Source of the DNA: an uncultured Verrucomicrobiota bacterium
Lineage (GTDB): Bacteria > Verrucomicrobiota > Verrucomicrobiia > Palsa-1439
Assembly (NCBI GenBank): GCA_903825435.1
Contig: CAIKAP010000081.1
Location: 13,118-77,117 of the forward strand
Reading direction: 5' to 3'
Length of the DNA: 64,000 bases
Part shown: positions 31,986 to 41,175 of the stretch, piece by piece
Position numbering within the stretch: position 1 is the first letter of the stretch
Layout of the letters: every line of letters starts with the position of its first letter
Program-made: the position numbers and the translations under genes
Notes under the pieces: model-generated
Databases searched by the model: none
Told to the model about the DNA's origin: nothing
What the model saw: only the letters and a program-made list of their open reading frames with translations

Positions 31986-34126
31986 GCCTGTGGCGGGCGG
32001 CCTTTCCGGAAGAGGCGGATTGGCAGAATCACCACAGGCACACCGGCGAAACGGAGGCGGCGCTGGATGAAATAGGAGGTGTCGTTGTGCAGCATCCGGT
32101 CGTACCAGCGCGGTTCGTCGAACACGATCTCGCCGGCAAAGACGACGGCGCGCGGATATTCGCGGTGCATCTCCAGGCAGAGCGTGGAGACTTCCTCGAC
32201 GACGTCCAACCCGATGCGGTGCGCCCCGCGCGCGGGCACGCCGAGGCGATGGGAGAACTCGATGTATTGGTCGAGGGTGTCACGCGTGCGTTTCTCCAGA
32301 TGCTCGACTTGGTTTTCGCCCTTGAAGAACTCGGAGTTCATCACGCCGACGGAGACGAAGACGACGTTTTGGAACGTCTTCGGGAACATGCGGAAGATGT
32401 TCAGGAGGCAATGGATGCCGAGCTTGGCACTGCCGCCGACGAGGATGACGGCAGTCGGTTTCTTCGGGTCGAACTCGGGCAGCGTTGATGCGTTGGTGCT
32501 GGTGGGAATGTTGTCGAGGGAGCTTTCGACTTCGCGGACACGTCGGGCAACGTCGCGATAGTGCGAGCGGATGAGGAAACAAAGGCCAATGCAGAGGCCG
32601 GTCACGGCGAGTGTGACCCAGCCGCCTTCGCCCAGTTTCTCGATGAGCATCACCGCCAGGATCGAAAGGCACAACACCAGACCGGTCGCGTGCACGGGCA
32701 AATGTTGTTTCCATTTTGGGTCGGTCTTGCGGTGTCGGATCCAGAACCGGACCATGCCCATTTCCGAGAGCGAGAACGTGGCGAAGACGTTGATGCTGTA
32801 CATGACGACCAGCAACGTAATACTGCCGCGCGTGTACGCCAACGCCCCCGCGGCAGCGGTGCCGATCAGTAGCACGCCGTTCTGTGTCGTGAGCCGGTCG
32901 GAGAGCGCGGCGAACCGGCGTGGTAACCACGAATCGAGCGCCATGTTGGCCATCACGCGCGGGCCGTCAATGAAACCGGTTTGCGCCGCGACGAGCAGCA
33001 GGACCGATTCCGACAGAATCGTGACCGCCGCGAACCATTTCCCGACCGGTAACCCGGCGACCTGCCAGTTGCCGGCAAACGCGTTCGCGAGGACGGTGTT
33101 CAGGGTTTGACCCTCGACGGGTTTCACGCGGAAGAGCATGTAGCAGAGGAGCAGTCCGCCGGCGGTCAACGCGAGCGAGACGGCCATGTAGGTCATGGTG
33201 CGTTTGCCGGTCTGGACTTTCGGGTCGCGCATGATGCCAAGGCCGTTGGACACGGCCTCGATGCCGGTGTAGGTGCCCGCGCCGAGCGAGTAGGCGCGCA
33301 TGACCAGCAGGAATAATTTCCAGCCGCCCAACATCAACCACGCCTCGCGCCAGCCGGCGCGCGCCTGGTGCACCACCATCGGCGCGTCGCCGACGTGCAT
33401 CAACAGGCCGCCACCGATCAGGATGATGTGCGTGACGATGAACGTCAGGAACACGGGCACGAGCATCGAGACTGATTCCTTGACGCCGCGCATGTTCATC
33501 ACGGTCAACAACACGATCGTGCCGAACTCCACCGGCAGCTTGAAATGCTGGTAGTGCAGCGGCAACAAACTGAACAGGGCGTCAGTGCCGCTGGCGATGG
33601 AGACGGTGATGGTGAGGATGTAGTCCACCAGCAACGCGCAGCCGGAGACAACGCCGGCAGTGTTGCCGAGCAGTTCGGTGGCAACGACGTAACCGCCGCC
33701 GCCATGAGGGAAATGCTCGATGATGCGGCTGTACGCGTAGGAAATGATGAACACCGTAAGTGCCGTTGCCGCGGCGAGCACGACGGCAAGCCAGACATTG
33801 TTGCCGAGCGCCTTGTATGCTTCCTCGGGGCCGTAAGCTGACGACGACAGGCCGTCCGCGCCAAGGCCGACCCACGCAAGAAACGCGATGAGCGAAATCT
33901 TGTGGACAAGCGACGGGTCTTTCAGGTCGCGCGGAGCGCCGAGCACGGCGCGTCGCAACTTCTTACCAAACGTTTGGGGCAATTGCCCCGGTGCAACCGG
34001 TTCCATACTGTCCTCTCGCTTGCCTACGAGGTTAGCTGACGGGCTAAGAGGGAGAAGAACGACTCTCTTCTCCGAACATGTCGGAGTTAGCCCCAAACGA
34101 CTTGGGTCCCCCGTTCCGCGCGACAC
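31982..34126 (-). CDS. APC-superfamily amino acid/polyamine permease with extended cytoplasmic C-terminal domain
   Basis: 12 TM APC-like core (GAGTYTGIEAVSNG) + ~220-aa soluble C-terminus; real start probably internal (MEPVAPGQ, near 34005). Confidence 0.6.
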   Translation of the reverse strand: MSRGTGDPSRLGLTPTCSEKRVVLLPLSPSANLVGKREDSMEPVAPGQLPQTFGKKLRRAVLGAPRDLKDPSLVHKISLIAFLAWVGLGADGLSSSAYGPEEAYKALGNNVWLAVVLAAATALTVFIISYAYSRIIEHFPHGGGGYVVATELLGNTAGVVSGCALLVDYILTITVSIASGTDALFSLLPLHYQHFKLPVEFGTIVLLTVMNMRGVKESVSMLVPVFLTFIVTHIILIGGGLLMHVGDAPMVVHQARAGWREAWLMLGGWKLFLLVMRAYSLGAGTYTGIEAVSNGLGIMRDPKVQTGKRTMTYMAVSLALTAGGLLLCYMLFRVKPVEGQTLNTVLANAFAGNWQVAGLPVGKWFAAVTILSESVLLLVAAQTGFIDGPRVMANMALDSWLPRRFAALSDRLTTQNGVLLIGTAAAGALAYTRGSITLLVVMYSINVFATFSLSEMGMVRFWIRHRKTDPKWKQHLPVHATGLVLCLSILAVMLIEKLGEGGWVTLAVTGLCIGLCFLIRSHYRDVARRVREVESSLDNIPTSTNASTLPEFDPKKPTAVILVGGSAKLGIHCLLNIFRMFPKTFQNVVFVSVGVMNSEFFKGENQVEHLEKRTRDTLDQYIEFSHRLGVPARGAHRIGLDVVEEVSTLCLEMHREYPRAVVFAGEIVFDEPRWYDRMLHNDTSYFIQRRLRFAGVPVVILPIRLFRKGRPPQA

Positions 34127-34177
34127 GCGGATTCGGCATCGGCGGGGAAGATAGTCCCCGCCGCTGTTTTGTCAAGC

Positions 34178-35263
34178 TCACTGGCGAAACTCCGGGTAAC
34201 TCATCAATCCCGTCTCGCCGATATCCAGTCCTTCCCATTCGACCTCCGGCGCCACGCGCATCGGTGTCAACCGGTCCAGCGCCTTGAACAACACCCATGC
34301 GGCCGCGAATCCACCGCCGCCGAGCGCCGCCATGCCGGCGACTTGCGCCGCAAAATGTCCAGTACTGGCAAACGACGCGGCCAAAACGCCGCAGAGGCCG
34401 CCCGCGCCGTGGATCGAGATCGAACCGGCTGGGTCGTCAATTTTCACGCGGTCGAACCACGGCACCAGCACGCACGCCAGCAACCCGGCGACTGCGCCGG
34501 TGAACAGGCCGAACGTCGGCCCCGCGATGGCGCCGCTGGCGGCCAGCCCGGCCAACAGGCCGGTCACCGCGAGCGTCGGGTCGGGTTTGCCGTTTCGCAA
34601 CGTCATGAAAGTGACCGCAGCGATCGTGCCGCCTGCGCCCGCCAGCGCGGTGGTGGCGGCGTCGGCGTTGAGCGCGAGCCAGCCGACGCTGAGCAGCATG
34701 CTGCCGGTTAGCGCGAGCGGAACGTTGTGTGCAGGGATCGGCAGCGGGCGGCCGTCCTTGTTGTAGCGGCCGAGACGCGGACCGATGACCAGCGCACCGG
34801 CCAGTGCGACCGCGCCGCCGAAAAGATGAATCACGCCGGAGCCGCTGGGGTCGAGGTAGCCGAGCTTGGCGAGCCAGCCGCCATTCCAACTCCAGAGTGC
34901 GGCGACCGGCCAGAGCACGCCCGCAATGGCGAGCGCGCTGAGGTAGAAATGTTTAAGGCTCCAGCGTTCCGCGAGCGCGCCGATGGGGATGCAAACGACA
35001 ATCGCGGTGGTCGCGGCACGGAAAAGAAAGAGGGTGTTGTTGTCCGGAACATTTCCGGAACATCGGCTGCCGAGGAGCCAGAACGCGGCGAGCGCGAGCG
35101 CGGTGCCGAACAACGCGAGGAAAATGGTGTGACTGGCGTTTTTGGCCCGGCTCAGCCCGGCGGCCAGGAGAGAGAGGCCGCCGGGCATGAGGAGGACCAA
35201 CACGGCCGCCGCCGTAACCGACGAAGGAGACGCACTGACGACCGTGTTGGTGGGTATGGGCAT
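34178..35263 (-). CDS. short Amt/Rh-type ammonium channel (third paralog)
   Basis: 361 aa; VIHLFGGAVALAGALVIGPRLGRY and HGAGGLCGVLAA motifs; contains an in-frame GTTCCGG element (35044-35063) encoding RCSGNVPDN. Confidence 0.75.
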   Translation of the reverse strand: MPIPTNTVVSASPSSVTAAAVLVLLMPGGLSLLAAGLSRAKNASHTIFLALFGTALALAAFWLLGSRCSGNVPDNNTLFLFRAATTAIVVCIPIGALAERWSLKHFYLSALAIAGVLWPVAALWSWNGGWLAKLGYLDPSGSGVIHLFGGAVALAGALVIGPRLGRYNKDGRPLPIPAHNVPLALTGSMLLSVGWLALNADAATTALAGAGGTIAAVTFMTLRNGKPDPTLAVTGLLAGLAASGAIAGPTFGLFTGAVAGLLACVLVPWFDRVKIDDPAGSISIHGAGGLCGVLAASFASTGHFAAQVAGMAALGGGGFAAAWVLFKALDRLTPMRVAPEVEWEGLDIGETGLMSYPEFRQ

Positions 35264-35268
35264 GGCGT

Positions 35269-36492
35269 TTAGAATACGTAGGCAACGCCAACGCCCAAGA
35301 GGACCTGATCGCTCTTGGCGGTGTTACCACTGGTGAACGGTTCTTTCTCGCAGTGATCCCAGCGAATCTCGGGACGCACTTGGAGGTTTGGCAGCGGTGT
35401 CAGGCTCAACGTTGCTGTCAGGCTGGCAACGTTCGGCGAGCTGCCTGCCGGGCCTGCCCCAGTACGGGTGGCGCCGTCGTCCACGATGTAGTCGCCGCGC
35501 AATGCAAGGCCGACCTTGTCGGTGAACTGATACACGCCCCACAATCCGGCGCCGTACCATTCGGCTTTGGCGACGGTGCCGGAGACCGGGTGAGCGGCGT
35601 TGTCTTCCGTGCCGTAGTCGAGCTGTCCGTACAGCGTGAGCTTCGAACCGACCTTCTGGGTGACTATGACTTCGCCGCCTTTGCGCCAGCTCGAGGTATT
35701 GCCGGTTTGTTCGGGGCCGCCGTAGCCGAGCAACGAGATGGAGGTCTTGTCGCTGAGCGTCAGGTTTATCTTGCCCATGTAGGAGTAACCGCTGTTGTTG
35801 TCGGTGACTTTGTCCCAGCCGTTGAACACGGCAGCCTGAACTTCAACCTTGTCGTTGAACTTGTACGAAAGCAGTGCGCCGACCTGTGAGGTGTTCTCGA
35901 CGTACAGGAACTGATTGCCGAGTGTCCAGTTCGGGTTGGCGGTTTCCTCGACGACCTCGACGCCCATCAACGTCACCATCTTACCGATCGCGACCTTCAA
36001 GCCGTTGCCGATGGGCACGTTGATGTTGACGTAGGCCTGTTCGAGGCAGATCGGGTCGCGACCACTGCCAAGCCCGGACGTGAAGCTGTTGATGAACTTC
36101 GCGTCCTCACCGACGATGAGGTCGGCGCGGTAACCGATGTCGAACTTGTCCTTGTTGTAGTCAACGGGTTTTCCCAGCGCCAACTTCAGCTTGTTGGCGG
36201 CGAACTGGTCGTTCTTGTTGACGTAGCCGCCGACGGGCGCGCTGTCGTTGAAGTTGTGGAAGAACGAAGAGGAAACGTAGCCGCTGAGCGTGGACTTCCC
36301 GAGGAAGGCCAGCGTCTGGGCCGGCAACGTGTTCGTCGTCAGCGCGGAGCCTTCCAACTGCGCTACGCGCTGTTCGAGCGCCTTGATCTTGTCGAGCAAC
36401 TCCTGTTCGCCGGCGTAGGCGGTGCCGCAGAGCAGCACCGCTGCGGCTACAGCCGGTCGCAGTTTCGTCATCCATCGCATTCGGTCTTTCAT
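35269..36492 (-). CDS. outer-membrane beta-barrel porin with N-terminal coiled coil, co-transcribed with the short Amt
   Basis: signal peptide MKDRMRWMTKLRPAVAAAVLLCGTAYA (GGAGGAAAT RBS); alternating beta-strand pattern; C-terminal VGVAYVF; ORF track start 36633 is inflated by the element ATG. Confidence 0.6.
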   Translation of the reverse strand: MKDRMRWMTKLRPAVAAAVLLCGTAYAGEQELLDKIKALEQRVAQLEGSALTTNTLPAQTLAFLGKSTLSGYVSSSFFHNFNDSAPVGGYVNKNDQFAANKLKLALGKPVDYNKDKFDIGYRADLIVGEDAKFINSFTSGLGSGRDPICLEQAYVNINVPIGNGLKVAIGKMVTLMGVEVVEETANPNWTLGNQFLYVENTSQVGALLSYKFNDKVEVQAAVFNGWDKVTDNNSGYSYMGKINLTLSDKTSISLLGYGGPEQTGNTSSWRKGGEVIVTQKVGSKLTLYGQLDYGTEDNAAHPVSGTVAKAEWYGAGLWGVYQFTDKVGLALRGDYIVDDGATRTGAGPAGSSPNVASLTATLSLTPLPNLQVRPEIRWDHCEKEPFTSGNTAKSDQVLLGVGVAYVF

Positions 36493-36526
36493 ATTTCCTC
36501 CAACGGTTGAGTTTGCGTTTTCGTAT

Positions 36527-36546
36527 CCGGAACATTTCCGGAACAT
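36527..36546 (-). repeat. GTTCCGG element (rc: ATGTTCCGGAAATGTTCCGG) in porin 5' leader
   Basis: lies between the putative sigma-54 promoter and the porin ATG; same 24-nt string as at 35044-35067. Confidence 0.75.
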
Positions 36547-36560
36547 CGGCAGACCACATT

Positions 36561-36577
36561 CGCAGTGCCCGTGCCAG
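36561..36577 (-). promoter_or_regulatory. putative sigma-54 promoter for porin-amt operon
   Basis: minus strand CTGGCACGGGCACTGCG (TGGCACG-N4-CTGCG; GG and GC correctly spaced). Confidence 0.45.
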
Positions 36578-36666
36578 CAGTGGAGAGGGTTTCCGTAAAC
36601 GCTTGGCGTGCAATTCACTGTGGGAAGCGACAAAGTTCAGCCGGTGCAGAAGAAGACAACAGCGGT

Positions 36667-36690
36667 AGCCAGTCTGGTCAAATCACGCCA
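36667..36690. promoter_or_regulatory. UAS-family site AGCCAGTCTGGTCAAATCACGCCA
   Basis: 16/16 identity with TGGTCAAATCACGCCA at 16481-16496. Confidence 0.5.
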
Positions 36691-36734
36691 CGGCGCGCTT
36701 GTCGAAACGGCGATGACTGACTACACTGCGCGAT

Positions 36735-39203
36735 ATGGTCAAAAGATTCTCCACGTTTAGGGCGGCTCTTGTTAAGTCCAAGACTGAAGAGGAAGTCAAA
36801 CATGCCTACGCCGAACATTTCGGATTGGATTATGACACGGAGTTTCGCCACGACCTGTATTCCCGGGAAGTCTTCTACGAATTCAAATTCTCGCGCAGTC
36901 TGCAAAAGCGGGAGTCTCGCGCTGCCGTCATCGCGCAAGTGTTGTATTACGTTCGGCAACTGCGTTTTGGTCACGCAGACAAGGTTGTTCCGCCAGTGAT
37001 TTGCATTGCGGAGGGAAAGCAGGCTTTTTTCACAGAGACGAACAAGTGGCGGAAGTTTTATAGCAACGACAGCAAATACGATTGGGAACTTGCTCCGAGC
37101 AATCCGGACAAGCAATTGATTGCAGACCTCGTCGCTTTTCCGGAGACGAACAGCATCAAGGTCTTTGATGTTCTCGATGAAGCCGAGTATGAGATGTTCA
37201 AGCAGCTTCTTGAACATCATCGCGCTACGCAGCTTGCGTTGGATTTCCGAGTTAAGAAGCTCATCACCGAGGACAATTTCGAGGAAGTTTTTGATTATTG
37301 GAACAAATGTTTCGGCGAAGACGTCCGCAACGGAACGAAACCTTCGCGTTACTTTTTGTGCGACATCCAGCAAGGCCGTTCGCTCTACGATCGGAAAGAA
37401 AATAAAGTCGTATTTTTTGTTGGCCCGGAGGAGAAGCGCGCGAAGAAAATCCTGCCGAAAGAATATGAGTGGTTTTGGTCGAACTACGAGAAAGTCACCA
37501 ATGCTGACACCGCGCGCAACATCCTTGCGAAAGTCGACCGTCTGACCGAGGAGCCGATCCGCCGATTCACGGGCGAGTTTTTTACTCCTGTTCCTTTTGC
37601 TCGGAAGGCTCATCAATATCTTGAAAGGGTTCTCGGACCGAAGTGGTGGACGAAGAATTATCGCCTTTGGGATATGGCAGCAGGCACGGGAAATCTGGAA
37701 TGGTTTCTCCCCGCCGATTCTTACAAGAGCATTTACCTTTCGACGCTCTATGAAGAGGACGTGCAGCATTGCAAGCGCGTGTTTCCGGGGGCGACCATTT
37801 TCCAGTATGATTATCTGAATGATGACGTTGACAGTGTTTTTGATCAGCAATTACTCTTTAAGCAGCCCCGCAAAATGCCCGAGAGTTTATTGCGAGATCT
37901 GGCAAATCCAAAAATCAAATGGATCGTTTTCCTCAACCCACCGTTTGCCACGTCGAATAAGACGGGTTTCACCGGCGAAAGCAAGAAAAGCGTGAGCGAC
38001 ACTAAAATCCGCCCGCTCATGCACGAGCAGGGCCTGGGCGAAGTCTCGCGTGAATTGTTCGCGCAATTTGCTTTTCGCATCCAGCGGGAGTTCAGCGGCA
38101 AGAAGGCGTTTCTCGGTCTTTTCTCCAAGCTCAAATATGTCAACGCCAATAACGACCAGAAATTCCGTGATAACGTTTTCCAGTTTTTATTCAAAGACGG
38201 CTTTATGTTTTCGTCGGCGACATTTTCAGGCACTCAGCCAACGAATTCATTTCCGGTCGGCTTCCTAATTTGGGATTTATCGCGCCGCAAAAAACTTGAA
38301 GAACAAAACATTGAAGTCGCCATCCTCGATGCCGACACGAGCAAAATTGGACGAAAACGAATCGTCGCCGAACATCGCTCGCGCTTCTTGAGCAAATGGA
38401 TTGACCGACCGCCAACCACGGAAATCTTTCCGCCGTTTAGCAGCGCAATTTCTGTGAATGACGGCAACACAGACATCCGCGACCGTGTCGCGAAAGGTTT
38501 TCTTGCTTCGTTCATGTGCAAGGGAAACGACGTGCAAAATCACAACAACGTCGCCTTGCTCTCCGGCCCGTATGTCAGCGCGGGCGCGTTGTCCGTCGTA
38601 CCGGACAACTTCGATAAGGCGATGGTCGTTCACGCCGTCCGCAGGAGCGTTCGCCAGGGTTGGATTAACGACCGTGACCAATTCCTCCAACCCAAAGAAC
38701 AACCGGGCGCGAGTTTTGTGGTGCGCTGCGTGGTCAGAAGTCTGTTCGCCAATTCCAATGAGACCGTTTCACTGCGGAACGTTGCGTACGAGGGGAACAC
38801 GTTTCAGGTCGTTAATCATTTTTTCCCATTCAAAGTTGCCGTACTAAAGAAGTGGGAAATTTCCGATTCCGACATCAAGCATTCACTGGCGCGCGACACC
38901 GACGACCGCTTCGTTGCTAACTGGCTGGCAAAACAAAAACTGGACGCATCCAGCCGGGAACTGTTGGAACTCGGTCGTGAAATCTACAAGGCGTTTTTCA
39001 AGAACTTCAAAGATCTGCCGACCGCAAAATACAAAATCGAGCATTGGGATGCCGGTTGGTGGCAAATCAAACGATGCCTCGTCGAAGCCGGCTTGGAGAA
39101 AGAGCGCTTTGCACGAGTTGAAGAAATCAAGAAACAGTTAAACGCCGAAATTAGTGAAACGGCCTTGCAGTTGGGGATGATTGCCACCGTAGATTTGTTC
39201 TGA
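36735..39203 (+). CDS. Type IIG-like restriction-modification enzyme (N-terminal nuclease-like region + gamma-class N6-adenine MTase + C-terminal TRD), horizontally acquired
   Basis: 822 aa; motif X GEFFTP, motif I WDMAAGTGNLEW, motif IV FLNPPFATSN; candidate D...EGK nuclease motif near residue 80; GC well below flanks. Confidence 0.7.
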   Translation: MVKRFSTFRAALVKSKTEEEVKHAYAEHFGLDYDTEFRHDLYSREVFYEFKFSRSLQKRESRAAVIAQVLYYVRQLRFGHADKVVPPVICIAEGKQAFFTETNKWRKFYSNDSKYDWELAPSNPDKQLIADLVAFPETNSIKVFDVLDEAEYEMFKQLLEHHRATQLALDFRVKKLITEDNFEEVFDYWNKCFGEDVRNGTKPSRYFLCDIQQGRSLYDRKENKVVFFVGPEEKRAKKILPKEYEWFWSNYEKVTNADTARNILAKVDRLTEEPIRRFTGEFFTPVPFARKAHQYLERVLGPKWWTKNYRLWDMAAGTGNLEWFLPADSYKSIYLSTLYEEDVQHCKRVFPGATIFQYDYLNDDVDSVFDQQLLFKQPRKMPESLLRDLANPKIKWIVFLNPPFATSNKTGFTGESKKSVSDTKIRPLMHEQGLGEVSRELFAQFAFRIQREFSGKKAFLGLFSKLKYVNANNDQKFRDNVFQFLFKDGFMFSSATFSGTQPTNSFPVGFLIWDLSRRKKLEEQNIEVAILDADTSKIGRKRIVAEHRSRFLSKWIDRPPTTEIFPPFSSAISVNDGNTDIRDRVAKGFLASFMCKGNDVQNHNNVALLSGPYVSAGALSVVPDNFDKAMVVHAVRRSVRQGWINDRDQFLQPKEQPGASFVVRCVVRSLFANSNETVSLRNVAYEGNTFQVVNHFFPFKVAVLKKWEISDSDIKHSLARDTDDRFVANWLAKQKLDASSRELLELGREIYKAFFKNFKDLPTAKYKIEHWDAGWWQIKRCLVEAGLEKERFARVEEIKKQLNAEISETALQLGMIATVDLF

Positions 39204-39270
39204 AAAGGCATCTCTTCCCGTTCGCGCGGGGATGACGGCTCGCAATAGCGTGCCTTTCCGACTCACCGTC

Positions 39271-39292
39271 ATGTTCCGGTTTTGTTCCGGCT
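39271..39292 (+). repeat. GTTCCGG element (ATGTTCCGGTTTTGTTCCGGCT)
   Basis: in the convergent gap between the Type IIG gene and the PP2C-kinase gene; 26-nt identity with the 29727 copy. Confidence 0.8.
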
Positions 39293-39293
39293 T

Positions 39294-41084
39294 TTATTTC
39301 GGCGGGTGGAAGATCAGCCAGATGATCAAACCGAGAATCACCAGCAGCGGCAGGCCGATGGCGAGAATGACGGAGCGATAACGTCGCAGTGCAGATTGCA
39401 TCGGGGTGGCGGCTTGAAGCCGGTCGGCGCGGCCGGTGACGGTGACGAGTTCGGGGGAGTCGAGGTCAGCTTTCAACTCGGCGGCAGAGGCATAGCGGTC
39501 GTTGGGGTCGCGGGCCATCGCGTGCAAGATTATTTCTTCAACCTGTGGCGTGAGCGCCGGGTTGTGTTTGCGTGGCGCTTCGGGATCGCCGATGAGGCGG
39601 GCATTCATGACGACGAGCGGGTTGTCACCTTCGTACGGCGCGTGGCCGGTGAGCATTTCGTAGAGGATGGCGCCGAGCGAATAGATGTCGGTGCGGGCGT
39701 CGCCACGTTTGCCGCGGACTTGCTCGGGTGCCATGAAATCGGGCGTGCCGAGCGCGGGACTGAACCCGGCAAAGGTGATACGTTTTCCAGCCGCGCCGGC
39801 GATGCCGAAGTCCATGAGGCGGATCGTGCCGTCGGGACAGATCATGATGTTCTGCGGTTTCAGGTCGCGGTGGATGATGCCGTTTTGGTGGAGATAAATC
39901 AGGGCGTCGGTGACGCGGCTGGCAATGGAAAGGGCGTCGCGCGGTGGTAACGGGCGGACATTGGTGAGGAGGTGGGCGAGCGTGTAGCCGCGCAGGTATT
40001 CGGTGACGATGTACGGGCGGCTTTTGTTTTCGACTTTGATGAATTTGAGGATGAAAGGATGGTTGAGGCGGAGGCCGATGTCTTCTTCGCGCTCGAAGCG
40101 GGAGAAGAATCCGGGGTCGCTCTCGAACTGGAGGTGCGGGACTTTGACGGCGACGTATTGTTTGTCGTGGGCGAGGTCCTGCGCTTTGAAGATGGTGGCC
40201 ATGCCGCTGCGACTGATGGTCTCGGTGACGAGGAAACGGTTGTCGAGCGTCTGGCCGGGCTGGACTTCGGTGGTTGAGGCGGACGGCGCGGCGGGCGTGT
40301 GATAGACGGGGACGCCACGGTACGAACCGACTTCCTCGACGGCGTTGATCTGGACGACTTGGACGCTGACGTTATCTTCGGTGCCGCGTTGTTCCGCGAG
40401 GGCGACGAGCTGGCGACCGGCGGCGCTGGGATTGAACCGGCTGACGATGTCGCAGATCTCGCCGTCGGCGACACAACCGTGCAGGCCGTCGGTGCAGAGG
40501 ATGAGCCGGTCACCGGCGAGGAGATTGGTGTCGTCCACGTCAATGCGGATGGTCGGCTCCTGGCCGATGGTGCGCGTGAGCATGGAGCGGTTCTCGCTGG
40601 TGCGCGCGTCGGCCTCGTTGATGAGGCCGAACTTGCGCTGCATGGCGACGTAGGAATGATCGGTAGTGAGCTGGCGGATTTCGTTGCGGCGGGCGAGGTA
40701 GACGCGAGAGTCGCCGACGTTGCCGATGGTGGCGGTGTTGTGACGGAGGATGACGACGGCCAGCGTGGTGGCGATGCGGCTGCGACCGTGCTCCTTCATG
40801 CCCTCGTCGTACACGGCGAGGTTGGCGGCTTGAAAAATTTCGGTGATGAGTTGCTGCGGCGCGGTGCCGGGTTTGGCTTCGCGGAATATCTTGAGCGCAG
40901 CGTCAACGGCGAGCCGGCTGGCGACTTCGCCGCGCTGGAGGCCGCCGAGGCCGTCGGCAATGACGACGATACTGCCGCGCTCGCGTTTCTCGTCGAGTGA
41001 GTCGGGCTTCCAAAAACCGACGCTATCCTCGTTGTGGTCGCGAACGGGGCCTGCGGTGGTGAGTTCAGCGTAGGTCAGTTCCAT
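39294..41084 (-). CDS. bifunctional PP2C phosphatase / Hanks-type Ser/Thr protein kinase with C-terminal TM anchor
   Basis: N-terminal PP2C (NEDSVGF, IADGLGG, DGLHG), central kinase (VAVKV, HRDLKPQNIM, DFGIA, APE), C-terminal hydrophobic helix. Confidence 0.8.
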   Translation of the reverse strand: MELTYAELTTAGPVRDHNEDSVGFWKPDSLDEKRERGSIVVIADGLGGLQRGEVASRLAVDAALKIFREAKPGTAPQQLITEIFQAANLAVYDEGMKEHGRSRIATTLAVVILRHNTATIGNVGDSRVYLARRNEIRQLTTDHSYVAMQRKFGLINEADARTSENRSMLTRTIGQEPTIRIDVDDTNLLAGDRLILCTDGLHGCVADGEICDIVSRFNPSAAGRQLVALAEQRGTEDNVSVQVVQINAVEEVGSYRGVPVYHTPAAPSASTTEVQPGQTLDNRFLVTETISRSGMATIFKAQDLAHDKQYVAVKVPHLQFESDPGFFSRFEREEDIGLRLNHPFILKFIKVENKSRPYIVTEYLRGYTLAHLLTNVRPLPPRDALSIASRVTDALIYLHQNGIIHRDLKPQNIMICPDGTIRLMDFGIAGAAGKRITFAGFSPALGTPDFMAPEQVRGKRGDARTDIYSLGAILYEMLTGHAPYEGDNPLVVMNARLIGDPEAPRKHNPALTPQVEEIILHAMARDPNDRYASAAELKADLDSPELVTVTGRADRLQAATPMQSALRRYRSVILAIGLPLLVILGLIIWLIFHPPK

Positions 41085-41175
41085 GTTGGCGGGTGCAGGC
41101 TAATCGGCGTTGGAGGAAATTGCAAGGCGGTCGTCCTGCTCGCGCAAGACGACCGCCCTGGATTTAGGTTATTGT

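Noticed and set aside
33991-34126. Exact start of the APC permease gene ending at 31982
   Set aside because: My hand reading of the sequence around 34019-34021 shows one more T than the ORF-track translation (...VGKREDSMEPV...) implies. The discrepancy could not be resolved by eye. The ORF-track coordinates are kept, with a likely internal start near 34005.
36678-37850. 390-aa minus-strand ORF overlapping the Type IIG gene
   Set aside because: Produced by the low GC of the acquired gene, which has few stop codons on the opposite strand. It has no motifs and is fully contained within a motif-rich plus-strand gene.
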